Origin: Eledone cirrhosa
Taxonomy: Eukaryota
Direction of reading: 5' to 3'
Assembly: GCA_964016885.1 (NCBI GenBank)
Contig: OZ024749.1
Coordinates: 18,786,001 to 18,850,000, forward strand
Length of the DNA stretch: 64,000 nt
The translations under genes and the position numbers were made by a program. Below the pieces are notes generated by a model, which saw nothing but the letters and a program-made list of their open reading frames with translations, was not told the origin of the DNA and made no database searches. Positions 54,301-64,000 of this stretch are shown here, in pieces; within the stretch, counting starts at the first letter, position 1; the number at the start of each line of letters is the position of its first letter.

Positions 54301-57300
54301 GATGGTAGTGATGACAGTGATGACAGTGATGACAGTGATGGTAGTGATGACAGTGATGACAGTGATGGTAGTGATGACAGTGGTGACAGTGATGACAGTG
54401 ATGACAGTGATGGTAGTGAGGACAGTGATGGTAGTGATGGTAGTGATGGCAGTGATGACAGTGATGGTAGTGATGGCAGTGATGACAGTGATGATAGTGA
54501 TGGCAGTGATGGTAGTGATGACATTGATGACAGTGATGACAGTGATGACAGTGATGACAGTGATGGTAGTGATGACAGTGATGACAGTGATGGCAGTGAT
54601 GACAGTGATGGTAGTGATGACAGTGATTACAGTGATGACAGTGATGGCAGTGATGACAGTGATGGTAGTGATGACAGTGATGGCAGTGATGACAGTGATG
54701 ACAGTGATGACAGTGATGGTAGTGATGACAGTGATGACAGTGATGGTAGTGATGACATTGATGACAGTGACGGTAGTGATGACAGTGATGGCAGTGATGA
54801 CAGTGATGACAGTGATGACAGTGATGGTAGTGATGGTAGTGATGGTACTGATGACAGTGATGGCAGTGATGACAGTGATGGTAGTGATGACAGTGATGGC
54901 AGTGATGACAGTGATGGTAGTGATGGTACTGATGACAGTGATGTTAGTGATGACAGTGATGACAGTGATGACAGTGATGGTAGTGATGACAGTGATGACA
55001 GTGATGACAGTGATGGTAGTGATGACAGTGATGACAGTGATGGTAGTGATGACAGTGATGGTAGTGATGACAGTGATGGTAGTGATGACAGTGATGACAG
55101 TGATGACAGTGATGGTAGTGATGACAGTGATGGTAGTGATGGCAGTGATGGTAGTGATGACAGTGATGACAGTGATGGTAGTGATGACAGTGATGGTAGT
55201 GATGACAGTGATGGTAGTGATGACAGTGATGGCAGTGATGGTAGTGATGACAGTGATGACAGTGATGACAGTGATGGTAGTGATGGCAGTGATGGCAGTG
55301 ATGACAGTGATGGTAGTGATGACAGTGATGGTAGTGATGACAGTGATGGTAGTGATGGTAGTGATGGCAGTGATGGTAGTGATGGCAGTGATGGTAGTGA
55401 TGGTAGTGATGACAGTGATGGTAGTGATGACAGTGATGACAGTGATGGTAGTGATGACAGTGATGGCAGTGATGGTAGTGATGACAGTGATGACAGTGAT
55501 GACAGTGATGGTAGTGATGGTAGTGATGACAGTGATGACAGTGATGGCAGTGATGACAGTGATGGTAGTGATGACAGTGATGGCAGTGATGGTAGTGATG
55601 ACAGTGATGGTAGTGATGACAGTGATGACAGTGATGGTAGTGATGGTAGTGATGGTAATGATGACAGTGATGGCAGTGATGACAGTGATGGTAGTGATGA
55701 CAGTGATGGTAGTGATGACAGTGATGGTAGTGATGACAGTGATGACAGTGATGACAGTGATGGTAGTGATGGTAGTGATGGCAGTGATGGTAGTGATGAC
55801 AGTGATGACAGTGATGGCAGTGATGGCAGTGATGGTGGTGAAGGTAGTGATGGCAGTGATGACAGTGATGACAGTGATGGTAGTGATGGTACTGATGACA
55901 GTGATGGCAGTGATGACAGTGATGACAGTGATGGTAGTGATGGCAGTGATGACAGTGATGGCAGTGATGGCAGTGATGACAGTGATGGCAATGATGGTAG
56001 AGATGGTAGTGATGACAGTGATGGCAGTGATGACAGTGATGGTAGTGATGGCAGTGATGGTAGTGATGACAGTGATGGTAGTGATGGCAGTGATGGTAGT
56101 GATGACAGTGATGGTAGTGATGACAGTGATGGTAGTGATGACAGTGATGGTAGTGATGGCAGTGATGGTAGTGATGGCAGTGATGGTAGTGATGACAGTG
56201 ATGGTCGTGATGACAGTGATGGTAGTGATGACAGTGATGACAGTGATGGTAGTGATGACAGTGATGGTAATGATGACAGTGATGACAGTGATGACAGTGA
56301 TGGCAGTGATGACAGTGATGGTAGTGATGACAGTGATGGTAGTGATGACAGTGATGACAGTGATGACAGTGATGACAGTGATGGTAGTGATGACAGTGAT
56401 GACAGTGATGACAGTGATGACAGTGATGGTAGTGATGACAGTGATGGTAGTGATGACAGTGATGACAGTGATGGTAATGATGACAGTGATGACAGTGATG
56501 ACAGTGATGACAGTGATGACAGTGATGGCAGTGATGACAGTGATGGTAGTGATGACAGTGATGACAGTGATGGTAGTGATGACAGTGATGACAGTGATGG
56601 TAGTGATGACAGTGGTGACAGTGATGACAGTGATGGTAGTGAGGACAGTGATGGTAGTGATGGTAGTGATGGCAGTGATGACAGTGATGGTAGTGATGGC
56701 AGTGATGATAGTGATGGCAGTGATGGTAGTGATGACATTGATGACAGTGATGACAGTGATGACAGTGATGACAGTGATGACAGTGATGACAGTGATGGTA
56801 GTGATGACAGTGATGACAGTGATGGTAGTGATGACAGTGATGACAGTGATGGCAGTGATGACAGTGATGGTAGTGATGACAGTGATTACAGTGATGACAG
56901 TGATGGCAGTGATGACAGTGATGGTAGTGATGACAGTGATGGTAGTGATGATAGTGATGACAGTGATGACAGTGATGGTAGTGATGATAGTGATGACAGT
57001 GATGGCAGTGATGACAGTGATGACAGTGATGACAGTGATGGTAGTGATGACATTGATGACAGTGATGACAGTGATGGTAGTGATGGCAGTGATGACAGTG
57101 ATGACAGTGATGGTAGTGATGACAGTGATGACAGTGATGACAGTGATGAGAGTGATGACAGTGATGGTAGTGATGACAGTGATGACAGTGATGGTAGTGA
57201 TGACAGTGATGGTAGTGATGACAGTGATGGTAGTGATGACAGTGATGGCAGTGATGGAAGTGATGGTAGTGATGACAGTGATGACAGTGATGGCAGTGAT

Positions 57301-60300
57301 GACAGTGATGGTAGTGATGGTAGTGATGACAGTGATGGTAGTGATGACAGTGATGGCAGTGATGGAAGTGATGGTAGTGATGACAGTGATGACATTGATG
57401 GCAGTGATGACAGTGATGGTAGTGATGACAGTGATGGTAGTGATGACAGTGATGGCAGTGATGACAGTGATGTTAGTGATGACAGTGATGGTAGTGATGA
57501 CAGTGATGGCAGTGATGACAGTGATGGTAGTGATGACAGTGATGGTAGTGATGACAGTGATGGCAGTGATGGTAGTGATGACAGTGATGAGTGATGACAG
57601 TGATTACAGTGATGGCAGTGATAGCAGTGATGGCAGTGATGGCAGTAATGGCAGTGATGACAGTGATGACAGTGATGGCAGTGATGGTAGTGATGACAGT
57701 GATGGCAGTGATGGCAGTGATGACAGTGATGGTAGTGATGGTAGTGATTGTACTGATGACAGTGATGGCAGTGATGACAGTGATGGTAGTGATGACAGTG
57801 ATGGCAGTGATGACAGTGATGGTAGTGATGACAGTGATGACAGTGATGGCAGTGATGGCAGTGATGACAGTGATGACAGTGATGGCAGTGATGGCAGTGA
57901 TGACAGTGATGGTAGTGATGACAGTGATGACATTGATGACAGTGATGACAGTGATGGTAGTGATGACAGTGATGACAGTGATGGCAGTGATGGCAGTGAT
58001 GACAGTGATGACAGTGATGGCAGTGATGGCAGTGATGACAGTGATGGTAGTGATGACAGTGATGTTAGTGATGACAGTGATGACAGTGATGGTAGTGATG
58101 ACAGTGATGACAGTGATGGCAGTGATGGCAGTGATGACAGTGATGGTAGTGATGACAGTGATGGTAGTGATGACATTGATGACAGTGACGGTAGTGATGA
58201 CAGTGATGGCAGTGATGACAGTGATGACAGTGATGACAGTGATGGTAGTGATGGTACTGATGACAGTGATGTTAGTGATGACAGTGATGACAGTGATGAC
58301 AGTGATGGTAGTGATGACAGTGATGACAGTGATGGCAGTGATGGCAGTGATGACAGTGATGGTAGTGATGACAGTGATGGTAGTGATGGTAGTGATGGCA
58401 GTGATGGTAGTGATGACAGTGATGGTAGTGATGGCAGTGATGGTAGTGATGACAGTGATGGTAGTGATGACAGTGATGGTAGTGATGACAGTGATGGCAG
58501 TGATGGTAGTGATGACAGTGATGACAGTGATGGTAGTGATGGCAGTGATGACAGTGATGACAGTGATGGTAGTGATGACAGTGATGGTAGTGATGACAGT
58601 GATGACAGTGATGGCAGTGATGACAGTGATGGTAGTGATGACAGTGATGGCAGTGATGGTAGTGATGACAGTGATGGTAGTGATGACAGTGATGACAGTG
58701 ATGGTAGTGATGGTAGTGATGGAAGTGATGACAGTGATGGCAGTGATGACAGTGATGGTAGTGATGACAGTGATGGTAGTGATGACAGTGAAGGTAGTGA
58801 TGGTAGTGATGACAGTGATGACAGTGATGACAGTGATGGTAGTGATGGTAGTGATGGCAGTGATGGTAGTGATGACAGTGATGGTAGTGATGACAGTGAT
58901 GGTATTGAAGGTAGTGATGGTACTGATGACAGTGATGGCAGTGATGGTAGTGATGGCAGTGATGACAGTGATGACAGTGATGGCAGTGATGATAGTGATG
59001 GTAGTGATGGCAGTGATGGTAGTGATGACAGTGATGACAGTGATGACAGTGATGGCAGTGATGACAGTGATGGCAGTGATGGCAGTGATGGTAGTGATGA
59101 CAGTGATGGCAGTGATGACAGTGATGGTAGTGATGGCAGTGATGGTAGTGATGACAGTGATGGTAGTGATGGCAGTGATGGTAGGGATGACAGTGATGGT
59201 AGTGATGGCAGTGATGACAGTGATGGTAGTGATGGCAGTGATGGTAGTGATGACAGTGATGGTCGTGATGACAGTGATCGTAGTGATGACAGTGATGACA
59301 GTGATGGTAGTGATGACAGTGATGACAGTGATGGTAATGATGACAGCGATGACAGTGATGACAGTGATGGCAGTGATGACAGTGATGGTAGTGATGACAG
59401 TGATGGTAGTGATGACAGTGATGACAGTGATGGCAGTGATGACAGTGATGGTAGTGATGACAGTGATGGCAGTGATGACAGTGATGGTAGTGATGACAGT
59501 GATGGTAGTGATGACAGTGATGGCAGTGATGACAGTGATGGTAGTGATGACAGTGATGGCAGTGATGACAGTGATGGTAGTGATGACAGTGATGACAGTG
59601 ATGGTAGTGATGACAGTGGTGACAGTGATGACAGTGATGGTAGTGAGGACAGTGATGGTAGTGATGGTAGTGATGGCAGTGATGACAGTGATGGTAGTGA
59701 TGGCAGTGATGACAGTGATGATAGTGATGGCAGTGATGACAGTGATGGTAGTGATGACAGTGGTGACAGTGATGACAGTGATGGTAGTGAGGACAGTGAT
59801 GGTAGTGATGGTAGTGATGGCAGTGATGACAGTGATGGTAGTGATGGCAGTGATGACAGTGATGATAGTGATGGCAGTGATGGTAGTGATGACATTGATG
59901 ACAGTGATGACAGTGATGACTGTGATGACAGTGATGGTAGTGATGACAGTGATGACAGTGATGGTAGTGATGACAGTGATGACAGTGATGGCAGTGATGG
60001 TAGTGATGACAGTGATGACAGTGATGGTAGTGATGGTAGTGATGGCAGTGATGACAGTGATGGTAGTAATGACAGTGATGGTAGTGATGACAGTGATGGT
60101 AGTGATGGTAGTGATGACAGTGATGACAGTGATGGCAGTGATGACAGTGATGACAGTGATGGTAGTGATGACAATGATGGCAGTGATGGTAGTGATGACA
60201 GTGATGGTAGTGATGACAGTGATGGTAGTGATGGTAGTGATGGAAGTGATGACAGTGATGGCAGTGATGACAGTGATGGTAGTGATGACAGTGATGGTAG

Positions 60301-63300
60301 TGATGACAGTGAAGGTAGTGATGGTAGTGATGACAGTGATGACAGTGATGACAGTGATGGTAGTGATGGTAGTGATGGCAGTGATGGTAGTGATGACAGT
60401 GATGGCAGTGATGATAGTGATGGTAGTGATGGCAGTGATGGTAGTGATGACAGTGATGACAGTGATGGCAGTGATGACAGTGATGGCAGTGATGGCAGTG
60501 ATGGCAGTGATGGTAGTGATGACAGTGATGGCAGTGATGACAGTGATGGTAGTGATGGCAGTGATGGTAGTGATGACAGTGATGGTAGTGATGGCAGTGA
60601 TGGTAGGGATGACAGTGATGGTAGTGATGGCAGTGATGACAGTGATGGTAGTGATGGCAGTGATGGTAGTGATGACAGTGATGGTCGTGATGACAGTGAT
60701 CGTAGTGATGACAGTGATGACAGTGATGGTAGTGATGACAGTGATGACAGTGATGGTAATGATGACAGCGATGACAGTGATGACAGTGATGGCAGTGATG
60801 ACAGTGATGGTAGTGATGACAGTGATGGTAGTGATGACAGTGATGGCAGTGATGACAGTGATGGTAGTGATGACAGTGATGGCAGTGATGACAGTGATGG
60901 TAGTGATGACAGTGATGGTAGTGATGACAGTGATGACAGTGATGGCAGTGATGACAGTGATGGTAGTGATGACAGTGATGACAGTGATGGCAGTGATGAC
61001 AGTGATGGTAGTGATGACAGTGATGACAGTGATGGTAGTGATGACAGTGGTGACAGTGATGACAGTGATGGTAGTGAGGACAGTGATGGTAGTGATGGTA
61101 GTGATGGCAGTGATGACAGTGATGGTAGTGATGGCAGTGATGACAGTGATGATAGTGATGGCAGTGATGGTAGTGATGACATTGATGACAGTGATGACAG
61201 TGATGACTGTGATGACAGTGATGGTAGTGATGACAGTGATGACAGTGATGGTAGTGATGACAGTGATGACAGTGATGGCAGTGATGACAGTGATGGTAGT
61301 GATGACAGTGATTACAGTGATGACAGTGATGGCAGTGATGACAGTGATGGTAGTGATGACAGTGATGTTAGTGATGACAGTGATGGTAGTGATGACAGTG
61401 ATGACAGTGATGACAGTGATGACAGTGATGGTAGTGATGACATTTATGACAGTGATGGCAGTGATGGAAGTGATGGTAGTGATGACAGTGATGGCAGTGA
61501 TGGCAGTGATGACAGTGATGGTAGTGATGACAGTGATGACAGTGATGGTAGTGATGGCAGTGATGACAGTGATGACAGTGATGGTAGTGATGACAGTGAT
61601 GACAGTGATGAGAGTGATGGTAGTGATGACAGTGATGGTAGTGATGACAGTGATGACAGTGATGACAGTGATGGTAGTGATGACAGTGATGACAGTGATG
61701 GCAGTGATGACAGTGATGGTAGTGATGACAGTGATGGTAGTGATGACAGTGATGGTAGTGATGACAGTGATGGCAGTGATGGAAGTGATGGTAGTGATGA
61801 CAGTGATGACAGTGATGGCAGTGATGACAGTGATGGTAGTGATGACAGTGATGGCAGTGATGGCAGTGATGACAGTGATGGTAGTGATGGTAGTGATGAC
61901 AGTGATGGTAGTGATGACATTGATGGTAGTGATGGTACTGATGACAGTGATGTTAGTGATGACAGTGATGGTAGTGATGACAGTGATGGTAGTGATGACA
62001 GTGATGGTAGTGATGGTAGTGATGGCAGTGATGGTAGTGATGACAGTGATGGTAGTGATGACAGTGATGGCAGTGATGGTAGTGATGACAGTGATGACAG
62101 TGATGGTAGTGATGGTAGTGATGGCAGTGATGACAGTGATGACAGTGATGGTAGTGATGGTAGTGATGACAGTGATGACAGTGATGGCAGTGATGACAGT
62201 GATGACAGTGATGGTAGTGATGACAGTGATGGCAGTGATGGTAGTGATGACAGTGATGGTAGTGATGACAGTGATGACAGTGATGGAAGTGATGACAGTG
62301 ATGGCAGTGATGACAGTGATGGTAGTGATGACAGTGATGGTAGTGATGACAGTGAAGGTAGTGATGGTAGTGATGACAGTGATGACAGTGATGACAGTGA
62401 TGGTAGTGATGGTAGTGATGGCAGTGATGGTAGTGATGACAGTGATGACAGTGATGGCAGTGATGATAGTGATGGTAGTGATGACAGTGATGACAGTGAT
62501 GGTATTGAAGGTAGTGATGGTACTGATGACAGTGATGGCAGTGATGACAGTGATGGTAGTGATGGCAGTGATGACAGTGATGACAGTGATGGCAGTGATG
62601 ATAGTGATGGTAGTGATGGCAGTGATGGTAGTGATGACAGTGATGACAGTGATGACAGTGATGGCAGTGATGACAGTGATGGCAGTGATGGCAGTGATGG
62701 TAGTGATGACAGTGATGGCAGTGATGACAGTGATGGTAGTGATGGCAGTGATGGTAGTGATGACAGTGATGGTAGTGATGGCAGTGATGGTAGGGATGAC
62801 AGTGATGGTAGTGATGGCAGTGATGACAGTGATGGTAGTGATGGCAGTGATGGTAGTGATGACAGTGATGGTCGTGATGACAGTGATCGTAGTGATGACA
62901 GTGATGACAGTGATGGTAGTGATGACAGTGATGACAGTGATGGTAATGATGACAGCGATGACAGTGATGACAGTGATGGCAGTGATGACAGTGATGGTAG
63001 TGATGACAGTGATGACAGTGATGGCAGTGATGACAGTGATGGTAGTGATGACAGTGATGGCAGTGATGACAGTGATGGTAGTGATGACAGTGATGGTAGT
63101 GATGACAGTGATGACAGTGATGGCAGTGATGACAGTGATGGTAGTGATGACAGTGATGACAGTGATGGCAGTGATGACAGTGATGGTAGTGATGACAGTG
63201 ATGACAGTGATGGTAGTGATGACAGTGGTGACAGTGATGACAGTGATGGTAGTGAGGACAGTGATGGTAGTGATGGCAGTGATGACAGTGATGGTAGTGA

Positions 63301-64000
63301 TGGCAGTGATGATAGTGATGGCAGTGATGGTAGTGATGACATTGATGACAGTGATGACAGTGATGGTAGTGATGACAGTGATGACAGTGATGGTAGTGAT
63401 GACAGTGATGACAGTGATGGCAGTGATGACAGTGATGGTAGTGATGACAGTGATTACAGTGATGGCAGTGATGACAGTGATGGTAGTGATGACAGTGATG
63501 TTAGTGATGACAGTGATGGTAGTGATGACAGTGATGACAGTGATGACAGTGATGGTAGTGATGACATTTATGACAGTGATGGCAGTGATGGAAGTGATGG
63601 TAGTGATGACAGTGATGGCAGTGATGGCAGTGATGACAGTGATGACAGTGATGGTAGTGATGACAGTGATGACAGTGATGGTAGTGATGGCAGTGATGAC
63701 AGTGATGGTAGTGATGACAGTGATGACAGTGATGACAGTGATGAGAGTGATGACAGTGATGGTAGTGATGACAGTGATGGTAGTGATGACAGTGATGACA
63801 GTGATGACAGTGATGGCAGTGATGGCAGTGATGACAGTGATGGTAGTGATGACAGTGATGGTAGTGATGACAGTGATGGTAGTGATGACAGTGATGGCAG
63901 TGATGGAAGTGATGGTAGTGATGACAGTGATGACAGTGATGGCAGTGATGACAGTGATGGTAGTGATGACAGTGATGGCAGTGATGGCAGTGATGACAGT
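27393..64000. repeat. 9-bp satellite array 2 (at least 36.6 kb, runs off the window) with higher-order repeats
   Basis: Same monomers as array 1. Rare variants (ATTGAAGGT, GGTGGTGAA, GGTCGT..CGTAGT, ATTTATGAC) recur in conserved order. Confidence 0.97.

Noticed and set aside
27393-64000. Telomeric repeat array
   Set aside because: The unit is not TTAGGG-like, is heterogeneous with higher-order structure, and array 1 is interstitial.

Overview
Gene-free, repeat-dominated eukaryotic DNA. The dense (TA)n/(TG)n microsatellites and the tRNA-derived SINE resemble cephalopod (octopus-like) sequence, but that attribution is an inference. The window holds two near-identical copies of a block (period about 18.86 kb: position 1 matches 18856). 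The block contains, in order: (i) a 5'-truncated Penelope-like element (PLE; RT thumb plus GIY-YIG endonuclease, Naiad-like, minus strand) with an inverted copy of its own 3' tail; (ii) a tRNA-derived SINE; (iii) a 5'-truncated CR1/L2-group LINE whose RT catalytic segment is duplicated in frame (252 bp); (iv) a 315-bp monomer bounded by a 28-bp direct repeat; (v) a 9-bp satellite (AGTGATGAC/GGT/GGC), 8.3 kb in copy 1 and at least 36.6 kb in copy 2, with nested higher-order repeats. The most notable signal is three sequence-unrelated type I hammerhead ribozyme folds within 5.5 kb (3041-3194 +, 7088-7181 +, 8494-8537 -). Two use the U3-A8 core variant and sit in 315-344 bp retrozyme-sized units next to the PLE. 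One unit is absent from copy 2 and another has its catalytic G12 mutated in copy 2. All folds were paired by eye and ribozyme activity is untested. Almost all long ORFs in the ORF track are translations of simple repeats.
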